Origin: the human T2T-CHM13v2.0 reference genome, Homo sapiens | Assembly (NCBI RefSeq): GCF_009914755.1 | Contig: NC_060933.1 | Length of the DNA stretch: 64,000 bases | Reading direction: 5' to 3' (one strand) | Shown: one piece after another, positions 1 to 11,479 of the stretch | Layout: every line of letters starts with the position of its first letter | Numbering within the stretch: position 1 is the stretch's first letter | The notes under the pieces: generated by a model | Told to the model about the DNA's origin: nothing | Databases searched by the model: none | The model's input: only the letters and a program-made list of their open reading frames with translations | Program-made: the position numbers and the translations under genes

Positions 1-81
1 ACATACCTAAGGGTTATGGAAGTTTCACAGAGTTCACCAAATGTTCACTCAACTCCTAATCAGTATAAAACACAGAGGGTA

Positions 82-514
<433 letters not shown>

Positions 515-624
515 CTAAAATACAGGAGGAAGGGATAAAAACTAATCCTCTAGGAATGATTTCTTTTAATGTTTCATCAAGAACAATGTTATGAAGATAT
601 ACGCACTCCATTGAAGTCAAAGCA

Positions 625-805
625 CATAGGTTAGAGTTCTGCTTTGAACATATATCTTCTAGTTAGGTGATTCTGGGTAAATTGCTGCCTCTTTCTGAAC
701 CTGAGTTTCCTATCTTTTCAAACAGACAGCAAAACCTACCTATTTGAGTTGCTGTGAGGATGCAGGTTAGGTCCACGCATGGCACAGAGAAGGGGCTCAG
801 CAAGT
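625..805 (+). mobile_element. MIR SINE fragment
   Basis: Resembles MIR core: ...CTGGGTAAATTGCTGCCTCTTTCTGAACCTGAGTTTCCTATC...GTTGCTGTGAGGAT; boundaries approximate. Confidence 0.6.
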
Positions 806-2444
806 CATGCTATTCCCAATTGCTATAGATTGAGCTCATCACAAAGCATTGCTGAATTAGTTTCCCATGAGAAAGTCTTCACTGAAGAAAAATTAATTGC
901 ACGCCTTCAATCTCAGTTGATATAAAAGTGGCCAATTAGACAGAGATTCTGCAATTTCTGGAAAAAATTAAAAAAAAAAAAAAACAGATCTGAAAGCATT
1001 GTCCATTATATGACTCAAGGCCTCTTCTCAAATAAACCACAAGATACATTTGTCCTGGAATTAAGCAGAAGGGGTTATCAAACGTTTCATTTTCCACTCA
1101 ACAAAACACTGCAACATGTACTGAATGAAGAGAACGCCCACCATGGCCCATTTCTGATTTCTCTCAAAGCTTCCTCTTCCAGGGGATTATCGAGATACTT
1201 TCCTGATTAAAATTTAAAACAATAGCAAGATTAAAGGTGGATTAGAGGCAGGCCAGCCAAACAGCTAAGAATGTGAACTTTGGAGAGAGATAGCCTTGGT
1301 TCAAATGTGTCATGGAATCTCACCAACTTTTTAAAAATCTCAGTATTTTCAGCTTCATTTTTTTAATCTGAAAAATTGAAGAAAATAAGAAACATTACAG
1401 ATTATAATTTGAGGATTAAATGAATGTAAAATTAAATATATGTAACCAATCAGAATAGTGTCTGTCACACTAAATCATAGCTAATTATTATTACTAAAGG
1501 AATAATAAATGAAATTTATAAAATAATATGCCTTTTTACAATTTTTTTAAAGCATGCAATGTAAATTAGTGGTCTTCATCTTTAATTAAAATTCTATGCA
1601 TAAGAAATGCCTTGGGCACCTGAGACTAACAAAATAGGGCACCTTGGCATGAGTCAAAGGACCAGGGTTGCAATGCAGACGTTTCTGTGTTAGTTTCCTA
1701 GTCTTAAACCTGCAGGAAGCTTAAGAGAGAACCCTAGTTGATTCTAAGCCAACCACTATTGGACACAAAAATTTCAAAAACATACAGAGGAAAACATCCT
1801 GAGGTCACCGTCTTCACTTCTAGCCTCAGAGGTCCCTGACTCCCAACCCCCTACCTCCAGCTCAGGCAAACAATCTGATCACCAGCTTTCTTTCTGTGCA
1901 GCTCTAAACTCAGAACAGCAATAAGTAAATCACCGTATTAATTTTTGTTTCCGAAGGATCTTGGAGATTCTCAAAACTACTCTGGGCTGTGGGTAAATTT
2001 ATTTTTCATATGATTTAAGAAGGCAGAAGGACAGATAGAAACTGCTGGGCAATTCAGATAAACTGGGTTCAGACTTACCTCCTAGTCTTGTGAAGTTAAA
2101 AACTTAGTACAGGGTCCAACACATAGTGGGTGCTTAATATGAGGGAGTTATTATGACTGCTGGTGTAATTATTACAATTGTCAACTCTAGTATATATGTT
2201 AAATTAATACAACTAAACTACTGTTGGGGGGAAGTAAAGAAGTTAATGTTTATCCAACACCACTGACATATGTACTCATCACTGTGCAACATGATATCCA
2301 CGTCTTATTTAATCTTCCAGATAACCCCAAGAAATCCATAAAAAGGGGAAATGAAAAATGAGATTCAAAAGGTTAAGTGATTTTTCCTATCCCCTTGAGC
2401 TAGTACACAGAGTGCTAGATTTGGATTGGCTGAGCTCTCCATTA

Positions 2445-2620
2445 TTTATTTAGTCTCTCCAGTTCAGTGTTGTTTTTTTTTCTCCTGTAAAATGGGATGA
2501 TTATTAGATCTCTTCTGTAAGTTTGTTATAAGGATTAGATGAGATCGTTCCAATAAAAAGCACTTACATATTGCGTGGAACACCATGCATACTCAATCAA
2601 CGTAAGCTGTTATTGTAATT
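2445..2620 (+). mobile_element. MIR SINE fragment
   Basis: CTGTAAAATGGGATGATTATT...GTTTGTTATAAGGATTAGATGAGAT...AAAAGCACTT...CATACTCAATCAACG, typical MIR 3' half. Confidence 0.6.
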
Positions 2621-4096
2621 GTTATTTAGCAAAGATAGGATTTGAACCCAATTTATTCTACTCCAAAGCCTACATTCTTTTTAGTGACCTTCACTTGAGC
2701 AACTGATGAACTATATCTGTCAGGGTGTTCACAGATGCATCATCTGGGAAAACTGAGGCAGAGAAAACAAAGAAATTAAATTAATTGTTTATTAAGAAAC
2801 TAATAGAATCATAGCACCATGATTGGTACCACAGGAGAAAATAAAGAAGCTATACAACATATATAAATATATACACTTAAATTCAACAGGGGTTGTGGAC
2901 AAACATCTTTATGCACAGCGCTGAGCTAGGCAGTTGGGAAAGAACAAATATGAATGCAACAGTCTCTGACCCAAATGGAAAAAAGAAGCATGCCAATATA
3001 TAATTTGCCTGAGAGTTTGCTTTGAGGGTGTGCCGATAGAAATTCAGAAGCAGTTCTACAAGGGCCCAGAGGAGGGAGCCCTTCAGGCTGCTCGGGGAGG
3101 GGTGCAGTCAGTTGAAGATTCTCTGAGCAGGTGACAGAACTGGCCCTTGAAGATTCTTGCCTTTAAAGGTCTTCACCCTTCAAGGATTCTAATCTTGGAG
3201 GAAAGATATAAGCAGGACACTACACTAAGAACAATGGGAGATCCTATCTCAGTGAGTTCCAGATTCTGTGAGACAGACGATGCTTGCTTTAGGAATTCTA
3301 AGACGAGAATTATCCATCTGGCTTGACATAAGAAGTACATAGGGCTCTGGCTCCAGAGAAAAGCTGAGAAAAAAAGCTCAAAGGGCCATTAAAAATTAGA
3401 TCTGTGGAAATGAAAAGAGGGTACTTATATATTGAGCACCTACTATGTCATGCAACACACTAATCTAATCCTCATGACAACTCCATGGTAAGGTCACAGA
3501 GACTCAGAGAAATTAAGCAACTTGCTGAGAGTCATAGGAACCCAGGTCAGGGTGACTCTGAGATGTACTTTTAACCACCCTCACCCACATTCAAATCAGT
3601 CTCAATCTTTAGGGCTCTACTTTGATGTTACTTTTCTAACTTCCAGTAGAATCTTATGTCCTTTCTGGAAAAACGCTTTTAGTAATTACCAAACAAAATG
3701 AACACTGAAGGAGTATATCATAAGAGCGAAGAAACAGAGTCAAAGTACCTTTTAGGAAAAAATCCTCAGGAACTTAAGGGAGTCCCTGGGGAGGAGGGCT
3801 GGAAGGAAGGAAACTAACTGAATATTGGATGACTAGATGGGAATTGTTGCCTTACTCCGATAATTAGAGGCTACATTATATTTCAAATCTGGAAGTGATC
3901 TTAAGAATATTTGATTCCAGTTTTTTCATTTTACATTAGAACAGAATGAGATCTAAAGATCCTACACAAAGCAGAATAAGATCCTGAGTCACCTGACATT
4001 GAAACGATTGCTCTTCTACTAAAAATGATTAAAAGAGAGGGAACACATCCATAAAAGATCAAGTATTGTAGTAAAAAAGGGATAGCAGTACATGAT

Positions 4097-4102
<6 letters not shown>

Positions 4103-4161
<59 letters not shown>

Positions 4162-4190
4162 GAAGGTCTTTTATATATACATATATATAT
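4103..4190. repeat. (TA)n/(TG)n compound microsatellite
   Basis: Directly visible TA and TG runs. Confidence 0.95.
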
Positions 4191-6074
4191 GAATGTCAGT
4201 CATAGATCAAGGGTTAGGGTGGGTCATGAACCAAGAATTAAATTTCATCTAATTTTATGCACTCAATTAAAAACAAGCAAATACATACATACATATATGC
4301 ATAAAGAGTTAGAATGGCTTCCAAGACAGATGGAAACAAATAGTAAATGTATGTTCAATGAATGGATGAGTGAAATGTCTTGCCAAATGATCCCAATGCA
4401 TTTGAGGACGGAGATCAAGGAGTTCAAGGACCCATAAGACATGAACTTCGTTGTCCCTTCGTTTTCCTGCCTCCTACAGGAGAGAAATAACTTGGCCTCC
4501 TCAATTCTTGTTTGTCTTTAAGAACCTGAGGAGCACTTTGTCTTTGACAACAACAATAGAACAAATGGTATTCGTATATCATTTTTATTGTTTACAAAAG
4601 ATTATACCCCAGAGCATATCTTGTCCTCAAAATAAATTTGCCAAGTAGATATTCCCATTTTAAAGGTAAGGAAGTGGAAGGGAAGAGAAATGAAGTGTCT
4701 TACTCAAGGCCAGTGAACTGATATGTGTTGGAGGGAGTAGGAAATGAGAAGTAAAAATCTTGTGCTCCCACTGCTGGTCTGAGAATTGAATAATTCCCAG
4801 TTGTCTAGGAATATTCAAAATTATTGTATACAATGACTTAAAATCCCCCTGGAAGACATGCAGTTTCTAAATGCCTAATTGCCACAACTGAAGTAAATCA
4901 GTAGTCATGGTCCAACCTCTATTGGAGAGGAAGGGGGATTTTGAATGATACAATTTATGTTGTTCAACATAGCTCTCTTTTTATCCAATGGCAACCTTTT
5001 ACAGATGACTTGGAGTTGCAAAAAGTCAAAGATTTGCTTAGGCAAATTCTTTATTCATGACATTGTGCACCCAAGATTTTCTTTCCTCCAGCCAGTCTCT
5101 GGAAACACATTTAGGGTATTGTGCTATTTTCATTTTATGACTACAGAAACAGAGTTCAAACGTTCTTAGTCTAAGACTATTCAGCAACTTCTTTCTAAAC
5201 TAGGAAGGTATGAATCTGAGATCTCCCATTTTCAGAAAGCTTCCATAATCTTTGCATATATCGCATTCCAGCTTTCATAGAGGGGATGTCTGAGTCATTT
5301 GCTCATCCGACAAATCGTCATACTTTTGCCAACAAACATTCTTCCTTGGTTTTCTCTCTTCCTGAAGCGTGTAGCAATGTTCCTAGCTCTCAAGAAAGAT
5401 CTGGAGCAGCTCGGAAGATAAGAGCAATTGAAGAAGAAAGTTACAATTTAGTGGAGTTAATTTTATCGCAGACTTTCAGCACGCTATTCACATGCAAACT
5501 TCACACAGAATATTTTTATCACTACCTTATTGGAATAGATTGGTAATTAATAGCTTGTAATCCACCATTGCTAACATGTTTTGACTTATTAAACACTTGG
5601 ACAAAATAAAAGAAGATCTGTTTTGCCATAAGGGGGAGCTTTTGAGTTCTATAAAGAGGGGGAAAAAAGAAGAAAAAAATATATTACATGTATGTCCCAG
5701 TTCAAAAACAGACCTACAAAGCAGCAAATGGTCAGATCCTTACCTGTGACTTTAACAATTTCAGAGGACCTGAATTGCTTAAGTTGAAAACATTAGGCAA
5801 ATTAATATTTTTCTCTCATTTTCTTCTTATAAAATTAAAATAATTTCTAATGACCAACAGAGTATTTTAAAGAGTATTCGGGGAAATTCAGAGACCCAGT
5901 TGTACTAGGACTACAGCTTCTGAAAGGCAGATGTCCTGGACAGTGCCTTTCTTCTATTTTCTTCTGATGATTCCATAAGAACTTTGGAAACATTTGGGTT
6001 AGCTGAAGCCAGCCTTATCTGGGGGCTCAGAAAAGAGGGGAATGGTTCATCATCGTACAACTTTAAGGAAATTC

Positions 6075-6220
6075 TGAGAGGGAAAAGGACAGGGAAAAGA
6101 AGAGGGAAAGAGGTAAAGGGAGAGGAAGCGGGAAGAAGAGTAAGGGAGAGAGTGAGAAAAAGAGAAAGAGAGGGAGAGGGAGGGAGGGAGAGACAGAGAG
6201 AGAGAATTAAAAAAAAAAAA
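6075..6220 (+). repeat. GA-rich low-complexity polypurine tract
   Basis: Almost entirely A/G (GAGAGGGAAAAGGACAGGGAAAAGAAGAGGG...GAGAGAGAG) ending in poly-A. Confidence 0.85.
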
Positions 6221-6490
6221 TCTAAGAATCAAGTTTCAAGACTCTTTATGTGCTACAGAAAAGGATGAGGTTTACCAGCAAAGTGCAAAGGGGATCCTAA
6301 GAGAAGAGACAGATTTTTCTCCTGCCATCAGAAATAATAATAATAAGTGGGGGGAGTGAGGGAGGGAAAAAAAGCAAGCAAAACAAAACAAAAACAGGAA
6401 TGTGTGTTTTGAGCAGGAATGAGAGCTGGGAGGACCGTAAGGGGGTGTGTACAGAATTTCATTAAATTGTTACTTTAAGATTGTCTCCTT

Positions 6491-6509
6491 AAAAAAAAAA
6501 AAAAAAAAA

Positions 6510-6530
<21 letters not shown>
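6491..6530 (+). repeat. A20-(GA)10 microsatellite in the PAPPA proximal promoter
   Basis: 20 A followed by 10 GA units. Confidence 0.95.
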
Positions 6531-6544
<14 letters not shown>

Positions 6545-6814
6545 TGGAGAAGCGGGAGCGAAGGAAAGGAGGCAAAAGGCAAAGTGAAGGAAAGCTGGAT
6601 AGCTCGGCCTCTCCAAACTGATTGATTAGTCATGATCCCCGCAGTTTTAACAGGGACTCATTCAATTGGGAAGGTGGAGCGCTGGGGAGCAGATTAGCAT
6701 ACGCTTGTTTACTCATCTTCTGAGGGATTTTTTCCCCCTCTTTCCTTTCATTTTGAGAAGAAGGAGGGAGGGGAGGGGGGACTTGGGGGGGGAGAAGGGG
6801 GCTGTGGCTTGTGT

Positions 6815-6822
6815 TATAAAGG
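6815..6822 (+). promoter_or_regulatory. TATA box of PAPPA (TSS predicted near 6843-6846)
   Basis: TATAAAGG about 410 nt upstream of the ATG, downstream of a G-rich block and upstream of the CpG island. Confidence 0.7.
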
Positions 6823-6842
6823 ACGCAAAAAATAAATAAATT

Positions 6843-7224
6843 AGAGCATCTTTTGGGGGGAGGGAATTCAGCGGATCAGTCTTAAGAGGAGCTTTTTTTT
6901 GGAGCGAGAAATCATATAAAATAAAATGAAATAAAACAAGGAGGAAGGCAACCAGCTGTTAGGGGGAAAATAAGGCAGATAAAGGAGCGGGGAGAGAAAT
7001 TAATTGCCAACCAGGAGGAGTTGGGCTGTATTTTTCAAAGGTGGGGAGAGTGGAGCACACACCTTGAGGAGGAAAGCGAGAAAGAAAAGAAAAAAGCAAG
7101 TGGAAAGGGGGGCTCGCCCAAGAAGGGTGAAGAAGCGAAGAAAGTCGAGGCGCCGAGGCTCCCAAAGCTGGCAGCTCCGGGTGGCGGTGCAGGGGCGAAG
7201 GGGGGGCGGGGGGAACCGTCGGAC
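6843..7224 (+). other. PAPPA: PAPPA 5' UTR (exon 1 non-coding part; start approximate)
   Basis: Lies between TATA +28 and the ATG at 7225; purine-rich leader. Confidence 0.65.
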
Positions 7225-7639
7225 ATGCGGCTCTGGAGTTGGGTGCTGCACCTGGGGCTGCTGAGCGCCGCGCTGGGCTGCGGGCTGGCCGAGCGTCCCC
7301 GCCGGGCCCGGAGAGACCCGCGGGCCGGCCGACCCCCGCGCCCCGCCGCCGGCCCGGCCACCTGCGCCACCCGGGCGGCCCGCGGCCGCCGCGCCTCGCC
7401 GCCGCCGCCGCCGCCGCCGGGCGGTGCCTGGGAAGCCGTGCGCGTCCCCCGGCGGCGGCAGCAGCGGGAGGCGAGGGGCGCCACCGAGGAGCCGAGCCCG
7501 CCGAGCCGGGCGCTCTATTTCAGCGGGCGAGGCGAGCAGCTGCGCCTCCGGGCCGACCTCGAGCTGCCCCGGGACGCGTTCACGCTGCAAGTGTGGCTGC
7601 GAGCGGAGGGGGGCCAGAGGTCTCCGGCAGTGATCACAG
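7225..7639 (+). CDS. PAPPA: Pappalysin-1 (PAPP-A) coding exon 1: signal peptide, Arg/Pro-rich propeptide, RRRQQR|EARGATEE maturation site, start of LamG-like domain
   Basis: Translates MRLWSWVLHLGLLSAALGCGLAERPRR...SPAVIT(G), recognised as the human PAPP-A N-terminus; 415 nt; donor ACAG|GTAGGT at 7640 (phase 1). Confidence 0.98.
7399..7419 (+). repeat. (CCG)7 coding repeat encoding poly-Pro in the propeptide
   Basis: Seven consecutive CCG codons. Confidence 0.95.
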
Positions 7640-8929
7640 GTAGGTGAGGGCGCCTCGGCGGGCGCTGCACCGTCCCTGCGGCCCCAGAGGCTCGCGGGTG
7701 TCTGGGCGCGGGTGGCGGGCGGGTCGGGGGCTTGCGGGCGTGTCTGTGCGAGAGCTGCCCCGCGAGCGGCGCAGAGACATCCGGGCGAGCTGAGAGCCTC
7801 ACTTTGCTCCATCGGTGGAATGGGCACACTCGGAAGGCGTAGCTGCTCCATCCCTGGGAGGAACCTGGGGAGCCCTCCTGGCGGCCCCGCGGACCCTCGG
7901 CCAGTGAGGGCTGGTTCCCGGAGCCTAGGGCACGTAACCCGTGCTCCGAATGGTCAGATGCACTCTCTCCTTTTGGGATGAAAGGGAGGATGACCCAATT
8001 GAGATGCATGTGAAAGGAGACTTGGGGACCGTTGATTTCTTTGACGTTTTAATGGAGGTAACTCCCCTTCATTAGGCCCCATTCCCCTGAAAGCCGGCAA
8101 GGGCAAGGTTGTTGTAATGGCCAGGACTTAGAAGTCCTCGAAGTGCCCCAAAGTTGCTCACTGATTGAAGCCTGCCTCTGGGACTCACCCTCACCCCCTC
8201 CACGCCATCCCATGTCCTAGCTTTTAAAGCCCATTGCCTGTCACTCGGGGCTGGGACGAGACCTTCCTAACGCATACCCCGCCAGCGTTCCCCAGACGCG
8301 GCTGCGAAACGGGGCGCTTTTCTCATATGGGACTTTATGAGCCCGTAATGAATTTGAGTTCTCCCTCCTCAACCTCCCTCTCTCTCCCCTTCGCTGTTCC
8401 ACAGCAAAGCCTATAGTGAAATCGGACACTTTGCGAGGATTGCAAACCTTAGAAATGCTCCAGCATCCATTTTCCCCCCTCTAAATGAATCTGTGGAAAT
8501 GCCTTTAATAAAACTGGGGAGCGGAGGTGGGGGCGGCGCTGGAAGAGAGGAGGAAAGTTTTGCCTTTTCTGTCTGGGAGATTCCCTTTCTGCACAAACAA
8601 TCTTGCCATGTCCTGGGACGTCTTAAAGTGAGAGTAGGGGTTCCCCCTTCACTGCAGCCAGGAAACGTGTGAAGGCGTTTTGCGATCCCACCCCCTCACA
8701 CACACACTTTCTTAGAAGGGAAAGCTGTGAGCTCTCCGGGCAGTTCTGCTTCTTCCTGTCTTTCCATGGCTTGGACTTTCACAGATGTAGCACTGACTAT
8801 CCAGTTGACATGAAGACCCCTTTAGGAGACCCACACTCTGCTGCTATCCCAAGAATACGTCTCCCGAAGCCCCCGCTTTCCAGCTATCAAAGGAGAGCGA
8901 TACAGTGATTCCCCCCAACAACCCACAAC

Positions 8930-8937
8930 TGACGTCA
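8930..8937. promoter_or_regulatory. Candidate full CRE (TGACGTCA) in intron 1
   Basis: Perfect palindromic CREB/ATF consensus about 1.3 kb into intron 1; function not shown. Confidence 0.5.
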
Positions 8938-9324
8938 TCGCATGCTATTTTTCCTTTTTTTTTTTCCTCCGGGAAGAAGAAGGAGACTGAACTCATTCAC
9001 TTTTAACTCGCAAGCCCTATTTGCCCAGAGGAGGGTCTAATTTGGAACAGAGGAAACGTTATCCATAATAATAATGACGATGGTGATAATTTAGAGCTGT
9101 AGTATGTTGACTTCTCTTTCCAAACATGTGAAAAAGCAAAGAGACTGCTGCTTGGAGGTGATTTTTTTTTTTTTTTAATCTGTAGGTCTGGTTTTTCCTA
9201 GTCTTTACCTAGTACCAGTGATTTGGAAGGCATTCCCTGGAGAGAGGAGAGTACAGGGTTATGCAGGCATCATCAGTGAAAGGGTAGTGAATGCATTTTA
9301 ACTATGTACGTGTGTCTACATAAA

Positions 9325-9383
9325 TACGTGTGTGTGTGTGTGTATATATATATATACATGTATATATATGTGTGTATATATAT

Positions 9384-9428
<45 letters not shown>
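9325..9428. repeat. (TG)n/(TA)n compound microsatellite
   Basis: About 100 nt of alternating purine-pyrimidine. Confidence 0.95.
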
Positions 9429-11479
9429 ACACCTGGGATTCCACAGGAGACTGCTTTATAAATGTCTATAATTCAGACAAGGAGCCTCTCTTCACACACA
9501 TTCTCTTGAGCACTCATTCACTCTCTCACACAAAGATTGTTGCAGTAAAATACTTTAATTGGATGGGGGGCGTTAGGTTATTATTGCTTGTATAAAATGC
9601 CTGGTCCATTTTATGTGTAGAAATAACATTCCTCTCAAAACGAAAAAAATAAAATAAATAAATAAGCACTGCTGTCGTGTAGCACCAGAAAGCCAGGAGC
9701 TTTTCCCCTGAGGATTCTGGTGGATTTCTTTTCCCTCCCCTAGTTGAGTTGGAGCCAGATTTGGCGGCGTGTAAACACCTGGCTCTGAGCCAGAAAAGAC
9801 TCATTCTGCATATCCTCCACATGGTACAGGCTGTTGGACTAAAAAGAACCTGCTTCTCCCTGAATTAAAAAGCAAACAAACAGAGGTTCTTTGCAGAAGT
9901 ACTTTTTCAGCTCCCTCCTTCGTGTAAGTTTGGGCTGGGAGAGCCAGGACCGAGGTGGGCAGCAAGGATCGGGTGCGAAGGCTCACCCTCTCGCGGCGAC
10001 CTCAGGTGCCCAGTTTGCTGCCTGACCTCTGCTGGCTTTCTCTGGCTGGGCGTTGCCACTTTCCTAGGAATCCCTGGTCACCTATCTTGAGAGAGCAGTC
10101 ATCGCTCAGCAGGGACCGCGCTGCTATTTCAGGCAGAGAGTTGCTGTCTTGCTGTCAGGCCAGGCTGCCTTACATCACTCTTTGCTGCAGGATTCAATTG
10201 GGTTTCGTAAAGGTCTAATTTTACGGTGCTGTTAACCGGGTCTGTCGTCTGGCAGAGGCAGGCCTTGCCGCTCCTGGTAGGCGGGCTATGCTCCCAGATC
10301 CGCCCGGGATGCTATTTCTGCCCCGGTTCAAACTTCACTGACACCAGTTCAGACAGGCGCTCGGAGAGACAGGGGGAAGGAGCGAAGGAGCAGTTTGCTT
10401 CTGAAGCTCAGAAAACATGCCTTTTATTTTTCTGAAAGGAAAGGAGAAAAATATATATACTAATACATAAAAAAAGGGAAGGCTTATGCAGGCAAAAACA
10501 AAGCCAAAGTTAGAAAGTGCCTATGTGTAGGATTCTCTGGAGGGTCCACCAGTGGATGGTCTTTAGGATTGAAGAATCCTTTAAGGCTGCTGTGAAAAGG
10601 GTCCTCAGAGGTTACCCAAGCCAGTTTCCCTTTTGGCCGAATGGGGAGAGAGACACACAGAGAGGGGAGGGGTGTGTGCTGGATGACACAGCTCCTCAGC
10701 GGCAGGAACTAGGATTTAATCCCTGGCATCTGACTTCCAGGCCTTGCCCCCTGCACCGCTGAGAGAATGTGTCTCATAAACACCATCACCTCTCACCCCA
10801 CACGGACCCACCACCCACACACAGCCTTCAGCCTTCATGCATAGCAATTTGGGCTCCCTTTCAAGTCAGGGGATGAGGGGTTGTTTCTGACACATCCCTT
10901 TGCTTTTGTACCACACCAGGCAGGAGGAACCAGACCCCTGTTCCTCATCCCCAACTGCCCCCCCAACACCCCTCCAGTTTGAAAGAAAAGGAAAACAAAA
11001 GACTCAATTTGCTCCATCGAGCAGAGGCCTTGAGCAGCAGTTAATCTTGTTAAAGTTTCTCCTGACCTGTTAGATAAGTGAAATGTGGACCCCACAAGTA
11101 CTGCCCTCCTCCCATCCCTGTCCCACTCCCCTTGCCTTAGTGATTCGGAATTCCTGCTCAGAAGGAGAAAAGGATTTACCTGAATCCCATCCAGCACCTC
11201 TGCTTGCCAGCCTTTTTTCTTTTGTTCTAATGGTTGGACTGGATTAAGTGTGCTGGTTACTCCCAAGAATCTTTTTTTCCTTCCCTTCTGCACCCCCACT
11301 TCCTAGTATCCACCCAACCCTCAAAAAAGAGTACCCACATTTTCTCCACTTCAGCATTGCTGTAACAGTGAAGGCTGGGTTTAAGTATATGGCTAGGAGT
11401 CCATATATTAACAAGGCTTTTCCCCAGTATCTGTAGTCCTACCTGGGATCTAGAATATTGTAATAGTTAGAACTCAGTT

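Larger units (their letters stand above)
7140..7950. promoter_or_regulatory. CpG island over exon 1 and the start of intron 1
   Basis: Very high GC and CpG density against AT-rich, CpG-poor flanks. Confidence 0.92.

Noticed and set aside
7000-8009. Long antisense and alternative-frame ORFs over exon 1 (283, 164, 149, 134 aa)
   Set aside because: GC-rich, stop-poor shadows of the PAPPA CDS and CpG island; low-complexity Arg/Pro/Ala/Gly with no recognisable domain
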